A DNA stretch of 64,000 nt from an uncultured Planctomycetaceae bacterium (GTDB taxonomy: Bacteria > Planctomycetota > Planctomycetia > Planctomycetales > Planctomycetaceae), in the NCBI GenBank assembly GCA_963976765.1, contig CAXBME010000020.1:62001-126000 (forward strand), given 5' to 3'. Positions 37,801-47,355 of the stretch are shown in pieces (the stretch's first letter is position 1; each line of letters opens with the position of its first letter). The notes below the pieces were generated by a model. The model was not told the origin of the DNA. It searched no databases and saw only the letters and a program-made list of their open reading frames with translations. Made by a program: the position numbers and the translations under genes.

Positions 37801-37837
37801 AACGCTCACCGGACAACATTGTCCGGTGAGCGTTTTT
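37801..37837 (+). terminator. Intrinsic terminator
   Basis: Perfect inverted repeat AACGCTCACCGGACAA/TTGTCCGGTGAGCGTT followed by T run. Confidence 0.85.
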
Positions 37838-37938
37838 GGCTTTGAGCGTTGGTTTCGCCGGGAGCATTGCTCACCAGTAGTTGGCGAATTGATGGCGCCA
37901 TCGGTGATACATTGCCGCGACCCGCGGAACGTTGCCGT

Positions 37939-40101
37939 CTATTGTCCCGGAAGCCAGAGTTTGGATTCTCCTTTGCCGGTTGCTGTTCCTGCCGTAGCGG
38001 GTTCTCCAGCGTCGTCAGGTAGAACCAGTCCGCTGGCAGATTCGCCTGGAATTGGGATCCCAAGTTCCTTGAGCGCTGGTTTCAACGCGTCACGGATGCC
38101 CGGCATTTTCTGGCCGTAGAAGTTCCAGAGGTGGTCGATGAGTTCCGGAAGAGCCGGGTCGCTTCGGTTTTCGATGCGGAACTGAAACTCCCGCATCGCC
38201 CACTGAAACTTCTCTTCGAAGTTGTCACCTTTTTCGACTTCTTCTCGCCCTTCTTTGAGCCATTTGAGTGCCTCGTCGTGATGTCCGAGTTCTCGACAAA
38301 CCTGGGCGATCGTCCATTGGAACATTGATGTGTCGATGCCCTGGATTCGGTCGACGCCGCGTTTTGAAACTTCGGTCAGCACTTTGTACGCAAACGGGAC
38401 GTGCCTGATCAGCAAGGCTCGGTGAACGATGTGTCCGAGCTGCTCATCGGTCAAGTCACTGATTGGCAGGCGATGAGATTCCATGACGGACAGAGAGTTG
38501 AGCTGCGTTTCGTCAGTGACAGCGTACGGAGTCTCTTCGTCGATGTTCAGCGTCCTGCGAAGCTCTGCGCCGTCTGAGTAGAGCATGGCGACGTCGCTGA
38601 TGGACTCAAGGACGTGCAAAGCTGCGGCTCGCTTGATCTTCAGCTCCGGATCGCTGGCGGCTTCCAGTGGAGTCTTGCCGCCGAGCCGGTTGAGTTTGGT
38701 GTTGCACCATTTGTTTTCGACGAAATCGCGGCCTTCCTGTTTGGCAATCTGGCGTCGTTGAATGAGGTCAAGTCGCGTGCCGTAGTATTTTCGTTCCTGG
38801 CTTTGCGTGAGCTCATTGAGAACGGAACGAACAAGGCTTTCCGAGTATAGAGGGCCGTCCGCTTCACGGTTCTCGTCATCTTCCGGGTTCGTGATGAGAT
38901 CTTTTAATGCGTCCTCAATGACAACCATTGCTTCGTTTCGGGCATCGCCGTCTGAGCCGATGACCGAAAGAATGCCAACCGCTCCCTCCTGAGTGTTCAG
39001 GTCGAAAACTGAAACCTCGGCTTGAACCGTCGGGACGTTGTCGTCGCGAACTTCTACGTCGTCCGCCGGCGGGGGGAAATCGAGGAGAAGATATCGCCCG
39101 ACAACTTTTGGATTGGCGTCGGCCTGGTCTTTAGTCGCTGGCAGCCGAACAGCCCGGTCGCACCCGTCGAGTTTCGAAAGTGTCAGCGATGTCGATGTCA
39201 GTTTGTAGCGGGCCGCCTTCACAGGCATTTGACCTTCGACGTCCGACAGTTCCAGAAGCTGAGCGATGGTTTCACACTCGACCGCGATTTCGTGGCTTGG
39301 TGCGAGTTCGGATGCTTTGCGAAGGGCTTCGGCGGCTCCCGAGTTGTTCGCGTCCCAGGCACGGCACAGGCCGATATTTTTCCATAAGGCCCAGTTGTCC
39401 GGCATCTTCTCGTTGAGCTTGTCGAAGAGCTTGGCAGCGATTTCCCAGCAACCGAGCGCCGACAGTCGGGTTGCTGTCCTGATTTCTTTTTCAGATCCTT
39501 CCGGAGCGTCAAGTTCTTCAAGCGAATGGACACCTCGAAGTGGGTACGGGATCTCAGCTGAGCCATCGACACGCATCAGTTCCTGGAACAGAGCCTGACG
39601 TTCCTGTTGATCCTGAGTGAGCCGCAGTGCCAGTCCAAGATGCTCACGGGCCGACATGCTGCTTGAGTAAAAGACGTCGTCTGCAATCTGTGAGGCCAGT
39701 GAGCCGATGACGTCCGGCGATGACTGTGGGCAGATCTGGAACGCTCGGTGAATTTCCGGTTTGGCTTCCTGAAAGCCGACGTCCATGAAACGGGCATAGG
39801 CTAGCAAGCCGATTCCGTGGCTGCTGTCGGGATGATCTTTGAGGAAGGCTCGCATGGTCATTGCAGCTTCGTCGAAACGTCGCTCTTCCATCAGCAGTTG
39901 AGCGCGCGTGATGGCGACGATGGGGGCTTCCGGGTGTTTTTCGGCGAGCCGTTCCAGAGTCGAAAGAGCCAGTGCCGATTGCTTGGTTTCGTGCAGCCTG
40001 GCAACCTTGTCCATTTCGCCGAGCACGGCATGGCAGCAGAACTTGACTTTCTTGCCGCTGCCGCAAGGGCAGGGGGCGTAAACGTCCATTTTCGAAGTCA
40101 T
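37939..40101 (-). CDS. SEC-C motif / TPR repeat protein
   Basis: N-terminal PCPCGSGKKVKFCC, TPR-like helices, LGGKTPLEAA, C-terminal KLWLPGQ. Confidence 0.88.
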   Translation of the reverse strand: MTSKMDVYAPCPCGSGKKVKFCCHAVLGEMDKVARLHETKQSALALSTLERLAEKHPEAPIVAITRAQLLMEERRFDEAAMTMRAFLKDHPDSSHGIGLLAYARFMDVGFQEAKPEIHRAFQICPQSSPDVIGSLASQIADDVFYSSSMSAREHLGLALRLTQDQQERQALFQELMRVDGSAEIPYPLRGVHSLEELDAPEGSEKEIRTATRLSALGCWEIAAKLFDKLNEKMPDNWALWKNIGLCRAWDANNSGAAEALRKASELAPSHEIAVECETIAQLLELSDVEGQMPVKAARYKLTSTSLTLSKLDGCDRAVRLPATKDQADANPKVVGRYLLLDFPPPADDVEVRDDNVPTVQAEVSVFDLNTQEGAVGILSVIGSDGDARNEAMVVIEDALKDLITNPEDDENREADGPLYSESLVRSVLNELTQSQERKYYGTRLDLIQRRQIAKQEGRDFVENKWCNTKLNRLGGKTPLEAASDPELKIKRAAALHVLESISDVAMLYSDGAELRRTLNIDEETPYAVTDETQLNSLSVMESHRLPISDLTDEQLGHIVHRALLIRHVPFAYKVLTEVSKRGVDRIQGIDTSMFQWTIAQVCRELGHHDEALKWLKEGREEVEKGDNFEEKFQWAMREFQFRIENRSDPALPELIDHLWNFYGQKMPGIRDALKPALKELGIPIPGESASGLVLPDDAGEPATAGTATGKGESKLWLPGQ

Positions 40102-40338
40102 CAAAAAATATCCCGAGCAAGAGTATCGCTAAACGACGACCGCAATGAACTGCCGCATTCGGCGTCAGTTCAGGTGCAGATGAGGCGTTCAATCAAAAGA
40201 GACGAACGGCGAAATGCGGCAGCCTGCATAAGTACGGAAACGACGGAGCAAGAAGGGACCGGCGACGTGTCGCTCGTTTTGACTCCGATGCGGAATCCTA
40301 TGCGAACATTGCCCGGTTTGACAGCATCGACCGGAGCA

Positions 40339-41073
40339 TCAGGCCGCTCGACGAGCATCCTGAGTGTGAGCCTCTGCCCTGAAAGTTTTCGGGACGTCAA
40401 TTGGCCACGCGACGTCTGCCGATTCGCCTTCGGCCAGTCGGTACATCTGGTCCAGACGCTGCTGAATTTCCTGCGTGATTGCGTCCAGTTCTTCGCGTCC
40501 GACTTTTTCCGGGACGTAGATCGGCTCGTCCAGAAATGCGGTAACCTTTGAAAACGGTTTCGGAATGACGAGGTCTGTCCATTTGCCGGAAATTTTCCAG
40601 TAGCGGGACACTCGATAGGCCAGCGGCACGATTGGGCGACCGCTCTTGGCGGCCAGAAAAACGATGCCGTCCTTCATGATCCGGCGCGGGCCACGAGGTC
40701 CGTCCGGGGTAATCGTGATGTGGTAATCCTGAACGACCGTGATGGCTTCCTTCAGCGCTTTGACGCCTCGTTTTCCGGAAGAGCCGCGGACCGGCTTGAT
40801 GTTCAGAAACTCCATCGCGTACGCCAGAAACGAGCCATCCGTATGGCCGCTGACCATGCCAGCAGTAGCGATCTGCGGGCCATGAAACAGTGGCATGACG
40901 ATCGTGTCGTGCCAGGTGCAGAACAGGTAGCGCCCCTTCACATTCGGGCGGCACGGATTGGTGTCGTCGTCGATCGCCACTTCGGTGCGACGCACCGTCA
41001 GGTAAAGAGCCTGAATCCCGCGCACCAGCAACCAGGCAGCAAATTTCGTGAGGAGAGGGCTCTTAATCTTCAT
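40339..41073 (-). CDS. DUF374 / lysophospholipid acyltransferase-like protein
   Basis: TWH, S.H.DG, VRGSSGKRG, TPDGPRGP, WTDLVIPKPFS. Confidence 0.9.
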   Translation of the reverse strand: MKIKSPLLTKFAAWLLVRGIQALYLTVRRTEVAIDDDTNPCRPNVKGRYLFCTWHDTIVMPLFHGPQIATAGMVSGHTDGSFLAYAMEFLNIKPVRGSSGKRGVKALKEAITVVQDYHITITPDGPRGPRRIMKDGIVFLAAKSGRPIVPLAYRVSRYWKISGKWTDLVIPKPFSKVTAFLDEPIYVPEKVGREELDAITQEIQQRLDQMYRLAEGESADVAWPIDVPKTFRAEAHTQDARRAA

Positions 41074-41151
41074 TTTCCGAACTCGTCCGTGAGTGATCTG
41101 GCAGCGGGACAGAGTCTCCCGCATCCGTGACCTTCCAAGCCGACCGGAATC

Positions 41152-41700
41152 TTAAACGGCATCCCCAGATTGACGGAAGATCGGTACAGGGATGTGTGAG
41201 GTATTCCTGTCAGGGTGATTAGGACGTTGAGAACTAATTACCAGTATGAACGCGATCAAGGAAAGGAACATGGTCGCAAGGGCTATGAGCGGTGGGGTGC
41301 GCTCCACATGCAGGTTGAAACCGATGGTGAACCAGGTGGTTCCGAAGAGGCTGAATCCCATTCCAGAAAGCAGTCCGAGCCAGGCAAGCACGAGTAGAGA
41401 CTCAATCAACGTGGCAAGGAAAAATTTGTCCAATCCGAAATTTGAGCCAACCAGAATGGCGACAATCAGAAACGGAACACACATACGTTGAAGAATTCGA
41501 GCAACCCAGGCTTGATCTGCAGCGTCCTTTTCGCGACGACTCGCAACTTTCCTTCCATTGGCGATCCGTTGTTGGCGTCGTGCTGCCTGCTGCTTCTGTT
41601 CGACCTTCTCCGCCTCAGATGGCAGATCGAGCTTGGCGCATTCCCCACAGAACTCGTCGGCGTTTCCGATCGGCACTCCGCAGTTTTGACAGGGACGCAT
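41152..41700 (-). CDS. Zinc-ribbon membrane protein, hypothetical
   Basis: MRPCQNCG...FCGEC, a charged helix, then 3-4 TM segments; start moved to ATG 41700. Confidence 0.7.
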   Translation of the reverse strand: MRPCQNCGVPIGNADEFCGECAKLDLPSEAEKVEQKQQAARRQQRIANGRKVASRREKDAADQAWVARILQRMCVPFLIVAILVGSNFGLDKFFLATLIESLLVLAWLGLLSGMGFSLFGTTWFTIGFNLHVERTPPLIALATMFLSLIAFILVISSQRPNHPDRNTSHIPVPIFRQSGDAV

Positions 41701-41749
41701 GGCATGACCCTTCGACGTTGAAAACGCGGAGCATGTTATGGCTTGCTTG

Positions 41750-42538
41750 CTATGACACCTTGTTCGCGGCGGTTCTGGCAATTCGCTTCGCGGCGGCTTT
41801 GTCGATCAGGGCCTGCGCGGCGTCGTTCAGGAGCAGCACTCCGATGATGAAAATCAGCAGGCCGTTCGAGAAATGCGAGCCTGTTCCGTCGACGAGAAGT
41901 TTGGTGGCGATGACGGCCAGGATCGACAGCATCAGAACGCCGAAGTGTTTGTTCCTGGCGACGATCGCGCTCAGCGGGATCATGCAGAAAACCATAATCC
42001 CTGACGCCGTCAGGATCGCCGCGACCATCCACCAGAATTGAGTCTCCAGGTCCATGATGGCGACCGCAGCGAAAACGGAATCCAGGCTGAAGAGGATATT
42101 CATCACCGTCAGATACCCGACGACGGCGAGCACTTTGAACGTTCCGCTCTTTGAGTCTTTTTTCTTGTGGGCGTGACCTTCCAGTTCTGCTCGAAACTTG
42201 TGGTAGTACTCCCAGACGGCCATTGCGAGGATGATCAGCCCGCCAGCAAACAGCACGAGACTCATCCAGGTCAGGTCGACGCCTTCGTGAGCGAACCACA
42301 GATTTGGAAACCAGTTTGAATGTGGCAGCGGGTTCTCAAGAAACGACAGTTGTGACAGGCTGAACAGAAATCCGATTCGAAGCAAAGCAGCCATGACGAG
42401 CGCCACTGATCGCCACTGCAAATGTTTCTTCTCGTCGAGGTTGAGTCCTTTCAGTGAGAATTCGATCAGCAGGCCGTTGTCGATACCCAGGCCAGCGCTC
42501 AGCAGCACCAGCGAAATAAACGAAAAGAAAACGTCCAT
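41750..42538 (-). CDS. TerC family membrane protein
   Basis: LGIDN, AALLRI, LFAGGL, FSLDSVFAAVA; 7 TM. Confidence 0.9.
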   Translation of the reverse strand: MDVFFSFISLVLLSAGLGIDNGLLIEFSLKGLNLDEKKHLQWRSVALVMAALLRIGFLFSLSQLSFLENPLPHSNWFPNLWFAHEGVDLTWMSLVLFAGGLIILAMAVWEYYHKFRAELEGHAHKKKDSKSGTFKVLAVVGYLTVMNILFSLDSVFAAVAIMDLETQFWWMVAAILTASGIMVFCMIPLSAIVARNKHFGVLMLSILAVIATKLLVDGTGSHFSNGLLIFIIGVLLLNDAAQALIDKAAAKRIARTAANKVS

Positions 42539-42593
42539 GAATTCAGTTCCTCAGCAGTGACGATTTTCGGTGCGGCATCAACGGGGGAGATAC

Positions 42594-44378
42594 TTACAGC
42601 GTGCTGTAAACGCCCCAGGCACCAGCAATCAACAGGCCGATGCACGACAGGATCAGACAGCCGTCCCAAACCTTGCCGGGGCGAATCGATTCTTCAGTTT
42701 TTGCGTAGCGGAACCAGAGCGCCGCGAAGCCGAGCATCGGCAGCATGATCGCCTGCATCAGACCGCTGAGCAGAACCAGCTTCACCGGGTTGATACCGCT
42801 GCACCAAAGGCTCATCGAAATCAGCGGCAGCACGATGGCCAGAATCAGGATCGACTGGTTGTGAGCCTTTTCGTTATCTCGACTCATCAGGCCGTAGACT
42901 TTGAACGCGTCGGTGTAAACTCGCGTCCAGGCGGCGTTGGCAACCAGGTAGGTCGAGTAAAGCACGGCGATGGCTCCAACGAGGAATAGCCACTTGGCAT
43001 ACTCGCCAAAGACCGGCACGTACTGTTCGAGCAGCGTGCTGACCATCCGCATGCCTTCCGGATCGAGGCCGTTCTGATACATGACGGCAACGCCCATGAA
43101 GAAGAATGCCAGCGTCGCGATTGTGTAAATCAGCATCGACGCGAACGCGTCCCACTTCATGACGTTGATCCAGCCGTTCGCTCGGCGATACCAGCCTTCG
43201 TCATTTGTTTTGGGCCCGGTGTACTTCGCATAGCCCTTTTCGATGCACCAGTACGGGTAGGCGACCAGTTCGGTCGCACCGACTCCGATGATGCCGAACG
43301 TGGCCAGGGCGGTGGCCAGAGGCTGCTTCATCTCCCAGTAGGGTAAACCGGGAGGGGCGACGCCGACATCTGGTAAAAGTGGTATCAGACCGGCAAAGAT
43401 TTCGCTCGCGCTCATGGCGAATTCAGGCTTGAACTGAAGCGAGACGACGTTGCCGATGGTGATAAACGTGAAGCCGACGACCAGAAATGTCGAGACGTTC
43501 TGAATGAGTCCGTACCTGCCTCGAACCAGCAGGACAATCGTCATGACCGCGACGACGACGGACCAGTATTTGTCGTCCAGCGTCTGCGGAGTCAGTACTG
43601 CTTTGACGGCGGACTTCTCCGCTTTCAGGAAAGCCGCTTTGTCAAAATCTTCGCCAGCCACTTCTCTGGCTTTGGCCTCGCGTTCTTTTTCGATCAGGGC
43701 TCGCACGAGCTGCACCGTTTGCTCGGCGCGCCCCGGCGATCCTTCATCAAGCTTCGTCAGCCGAGACTCGATCACTTCCTGCGCACGAGTGACTCGATTC
43801 TGCTGCTCCGGATGCAGCGTTGCCAGGAAGTCATTGTCACGGTTCTGCTTCTCATCGTCCCACGCGATGTACCGCTTCAATTCGGTTTCGGACGGGTACA
43901 GAATGGCTTCGACATAGTCGCCGGTCAGTGGTCGAGCAAGTGCCATGGCCTGCCCGACGCCACCGATAATTCCCCCAAGCTGCCCGAAGCCGACCAGCAT
44001 CATGATCAGCCAGTACCAGATGATCCAGCTGACGCCCAGCCGTGGGCCGGGAATTCTGTTGAGTGACGTCAGTGTGGTTTCACCCTGGCTGATGGCGACC
44101 CGGCCAAGTTCCACCTGAACGAAGACTTTGATTACGCAGCCAACAATGACCAGCCAGAGCAGAGAGATACCGGCCTGAGCACCGGTCTTTGTTGTGGCGA
44201 TTAACTCTCCGGAACCCACGATGCTGGCTGCGATGATCAGTCCCGGACCAAGCTTTCGGAAGATGCCACCAAACGACGTCGGCGGTTCCTGGATATCGCT
44301 GTTCCGGGGGTTCATTTCGGCGATCGTCGTCTTCGCATTGTCGTCTTGCGGAGTCGGCTCTTCGTTCGTAACGGACAT
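42594..44378 (-). CDS. Nramp-related (APC fold) transporter
   Basis: LGPGLIIAASIVGSGELIATT, GAQAG..LLW, YPYWCIEKGY, about 11 TM; start moved to ATG 44378. Confidence 0.88.
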   Translation of the reverse strand: MSVTNEEPTPQDDNAKTTIAEMNPRNSDIQEPPTSFGGIFRKLGPGLIIAASIVGSGELIATTKTGAQAGISLLWLVIVGCVIKVFVQVELGRVAISQGETTLTSLNRIPGPRLGVSWIIWYWLIMMLVGFGQLGGIIGGVGQAMALARPLTGDYVEAILYPSETELKRYIAWDDEKQNRDNDFLATLHPEQQNRVTRAQEVIESRLTKLDEGSPGRAEQTVQLVRALIEKEREAKAREVAGEDFDKAAFLKAEKSAVKAVLTPQTLDDKYWSVVVAVMTIVLLVRGRYGLIQNVSTFLVVGFTFITIGNVVSLQFKPEFAMSASEIFAGLIPLLPDVGVAPPGLPYWEMKQPLATALATFGIIGVGATELVAYPYWCIEKGYAKYTGPKTNDEGWYRRANGWINVMKWDAFASMLIYTIATLAFFFMGVAVMYQNGLDPEGMRMVSTLLEQYVPVFGEYAKWLFLVGAIAVLYSTYLVANAAWTRVYTDAFKVYGLMSRDNEKAHNQSILILAIVLPLISMSLWCSGINPVKLVLLSGLMQAIMLPMLGFAALWFRYAKTEESIRPGKVWDGCLILSCIGLLIAGAWGVYSTL

Positions 44379-44449
44379 GCGAGGCTGCTTTCGCTTTGGG
44401 AGTGGCTTAGAACGCGTACGCAAAAGTCGATCGGAAAAATGAAGGGGCG

Positions 44450-44478
44450 GTTATAGCCCCGGTCAAAATTCGCTTCAA
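44450..44478 (-). promoter_or_regulatory. Sigma70-like promoter for the Nramp-like/TerC genes
   Basis: Minus strand TTGAAG-N17-TATAAC, 72 bp upstream of ATG 44378. Confidence 0.45.
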
Positions 44479-44514
44479 CCAGCTTGATTCAACTGAGGTT
44501 GGGCACCGCGAGCG

Positions 44515-45693
44515 TTACCAGTCACCGACGCTGCCGTCCGGGTAGAATACTCGTTGCGGAAGCTCCTGCTCGAAGGGGTGCCTGGCCACAGCGTCCTCGT
44601 TGATCGAGATTCCCAGTCCCGGGCGAGTGTTCGGTTTCACCAGACGGCCTTCCCGTTCGATCGTAAATCCTTCATCGACAACGTCGTTTCTCCACGGAAC
44701 GTCGTTGTGGACGGTTTCGCAGATGATGTAGCCGGGTTGCGAGAATCCGAATTCCAGCGATGCGGCGGTGCTGACCGGGCCTTGAGGATTATGTGGTGCC
44801 AGTGCGATTCGATGAGCATCGGCCAGAGCCGCGATTCGTCGAGCAGCCGTCAGGCCGCCGCAGTGTGTGATATCGAGCTGACAGATCTCACACGCACGCC
44901 GCGCGAAGAGTTCCTGAAAATCGGCGAGGTCGGTCACTCGCTCGCCGGTGGCGACCGGAGTTGTAATCGCCGTGTTGATTGTCGCCAGGCCGTCGACCGA
45001 TTCCGGCCAGCAGGGTTCTTCAAAGAAGTACAGACCGTACGGATCGAGCGCCTTTCCGAACCGCAGTCCCATTGCTGGAGAGGGGCGAGCGTGGCAATCG
45101 ACCATGATGTCGATATCGTCGCCGACCGCGTCACGCATGGAAGCAACGGCGGCTTCGGCAAGCCGCACCGGTCGCAAACCTTCGATCGGCATCGTCGGCG
45201 GCACTGCCATACTCTTGAAAGCGGTGTAGCCATCCTCGACGGCTTTCTGCGCCAGCTCGCCAAACTGTTTCGCGTCTTCAACAGACGTTTCGTAAAAGTC
45301 CTCCATTTTGCCGCCGCCCAGGTGGCAGTAGGTTCGAATCCAGTCTCGAACCGGCCCTCCCCACAATTGGGAACACGGCATGTTGGCTACCTTGCCGGCG
45401 ATATCCCACAGCGCGATGTCGATGCCTGAAATTGCCGTCGAGCGGACGATTCCGTTCCCATGCCAGAAGTGCTGACGGAACATCATCTGCCAGAGATGCT
45501 CGATCCGTCGCGGGTCCTCGCCGACGATCAGTTCGGCAATGTCCTGCACCGCGCCGACGACTCCGCGGGTGTGCCATTCCAGCGTGGCTTCTCCCCAGCC
45601 GATCAGTCCTGGCTGGTCGGTCACCACTTTGACAAATACCCAGTTCCGCATCCGAGCGTTGCAGACGAGTGTCTCGACGGCCGTGATCTTCAT
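44515..45693 (-). CDS. dgoD: Galactonate dehydratase-like enolase superfamily enzyme
   Basis: [46 protein letters not shown]-terminal DGSVGDW. Substrate is inferred. Confidence 0.8.
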   Translation of the reverse strand: MKITAVETLVCNARMRNWVFVKVVTDQPGLIGWGEATLEWHTRGVVGAVQDIAELIVGEDPRRIEHLWQMMFRQHFWHGNGIVRSTAISGIDIALWDIAGKVANMPCSQLWGGPVRDWIRTYCHLGGGKMEDFYETSVEDAKQFGELAQKAVEDGYTAFKSMAVPPTMPIEGLRPVRLAEAAVASMRDAVGDDIDIMVDCHARPSPAMGLRFGKALDPYGLYFFEEPCWPESVDGLATINTAITTPVATGERVTDLADFQELFARRACEICQLDITHCGGLTAARRIAALADAHRIALAPHNPQGPVSTAASLEFGFSQPGYIICETVHNDVPWRNDVVDEGFTIEREGRLVKPNTRPGLGISINEDAVARHPFEQELPQRVFYPDGSVGDW

Positions 45694-45744
45694 GGTTTAT
45701 CTCAGAGTTTCGTGATGAGTTTTTGGTGAAAGCAGATGCTTCGC

Positions 45745-45821
45745 CTGACGCAGAGTCGCGAAGGATGGCAATGCAGCTTTGATCCTTTGCGTTTCTTAGC
45801 GACTCAGCGGTTTGGCGTCAG
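45745..45821. repeat. Degenerate CGCAGAG/CGCAAAG-family palindrome, copy E
   Basis: CTGACGCAGAGTCGCGAAG ... CTTTGCG..CTTAGCGACTCAGCGG..GCGTCAG. Confidence 0.55.
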
Positions 45822-45861
45822 AAGGTCTACAAATCGATGTCAGATGATTCATTGTTCGTTT

Positions 45862-47325
45862 TCATTTCGACCGATTGGCCTGCAGCAGCTTTTCAATTTG
45901 ATCGATCAACGCAGCTTCGAGTTTCTCAAGGCTGCCTTGGGCGAGGATCGAGGCATCCTCCTGGTAAAGGCCCTTGCCGTACGAAGCCGTGTCAGGCAGA
46001 TACCAGACATCGGAGCCGTTGGCGAGCGTTCCAATTATCAGCGGCACGTCCGAAAAGTGGTTTCGCAGATTCCGCTGCAGCACGTTGTAATGTTCTCCGT
46101 CGAGGGCGACCCACACGGCGTCACCCATTTTCCATAGACGGATCGGGTAAGGGTAGGTTTCCGCATCATCGAGATGAGCGACTCGGACAATCCGCCGAGT
46201 CATGCGTTCGATCATGGCTCGAGCATCGCGAGCGGTGTTTGCATCGCCGGCTTCGGTTGCGGCGGCTTCTTTTGTTTTCCACTCCGCAGCCTCACGCTGA
46301 AGCTCGTCGTGCCGCGGAAGATCGTCACGATAAGCAAGTGACACTTCGGAGTGTTGTTCTTCCCAGGCCGCTGCTCGGCTCCGTTGCGTCGTCGAAGAAG
46401 TCTCGTAGTCCCAGGTTCCAATCGTCGCGCCGGAGATCACCGCGCCACCGTATTTCATGTTTGCATCGACCGGTGGGAGATCTTCAAGAGCCGACAGAAC
46501 GGCATACCCAAGTTGTCGCCCATTCTGATCGGCGACGTTGGTGTTACCAACGAAGCCATGCCGTGGTCCGATGTCGCCGGATGCTCCCTGAATGAAGAAG
46601 CACGGAGCGTTGGTTGCCGATTCAACAACTTCTCGCATGGCTCCGGGATAGTCGGGACTGATGAGCGTGTTGTCCCAGGCGAGCGTCGTCGGGTGACAGG
46701 CGTAGTTGACGACCGTTGCCAGTGTTGTGTGGTTGTCAGCCGTTGCCAGACGGATGACTCCTACCGTGTCGTCGGCTTTTCCGCTCGGGTTAAAACCGCA
46801 AACGAATCGATCGAGCGTCCCGTCTTTGAAGTCGCGGTTGGTCGCAAGGTTGCAGCGGCCTGTTCCGTAGGTAAGCACTGCTGGTTGAAATTGTGAGGAC
46901 GCTTCCCGGATTCCATCCGAAATTGCGTCGGCAACATCGGCTAGATATTGCGGGATCAGCTCTCCGCCGGGGAGGTCGACACGCTCGTGACCCATCAGGC
47001 CGGCGGCGTGCGTATGTGAAAAGAAAACGATGATCTGGCTTCGCTCGACGCCGGATGACTCACTGACGCGATCGAGCAGTTCGTTCATTTCGCGATTCCA
47101 CAGCAGGCAATGGTCGACCGCGACAAAGGCCACTGGCTTTGATGCGGCCAGCGAGTCATCCGGTCGCATGACGAGAATCGTTGTGGTCAACGGGCGATGG
47201 ACTCCGGTTGAGCGATCATGCGTCGCGGCTCCCCACATTCGGTGGTAGATGCCGACAGGTGGCGTGATGTCGCGTCGCGCGACCCCGGCAAGGCATCGGC
47301 CTTGAGGAAACTCAACAGTCTGCAT
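45862..47325 (-). CDS. Neutral ceramidase-like amidohydrolase
   Basis: DITPP, SHTHA, NYACHPT, SPDYPG, QGASGD. Confidence 0.85.
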   Translation of the reverse strand: MQTVEFPQGRCLAGVARRDITPPVGIYHRMWGAATHDRSTGVHRPLTTTILVMRPDDSLAASKPVAFVAVDHCLLWNREMNELLDRVSESSGVERSQIIVFFSHTHAAGLMGHERVDLPGGELIPQYLADVADAISDGIREASSQFQPAVLTYGTGRCNLATNRDFKDGTLDRFVCGFNPSGKADDTVGVIRLATADNHTTLATVVNYACHPTTLAWDNTLISPDYPGAMREVVESATNAPCFFIQGASGDIGPRHGFVGNTNVADQNGRQLGYAVLSALEDLPPVDANMKYGGAVISGATIGTWDYETSSTTQRSRAAAWEEQHSEVSLAYRDDLPRHDELQREAAEWKTKEAAATEAGDANTARDARAMIERMTRRIVRVAHLDDAETYPYPIRLWKMGDAVWVALDGEHYNVLQRNLRNHFSDVPLIIGTLANGSDVWYLPDTASYGKGLYQEDASILAQGSLEKLEAALIDQIEKLLQANRSK

Positions 47326-47355
47326 GATGAAACTCTTTCGCTGACTCGAAGGCGT

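Noticed and set aside
45331..45341. GGTTCGAATCC, a tRNA T-loop-like sequence
   Set aside because: Lies inside the dehydratase CDS (encodes WIRT on the minus strand); no cloverleaf around it.
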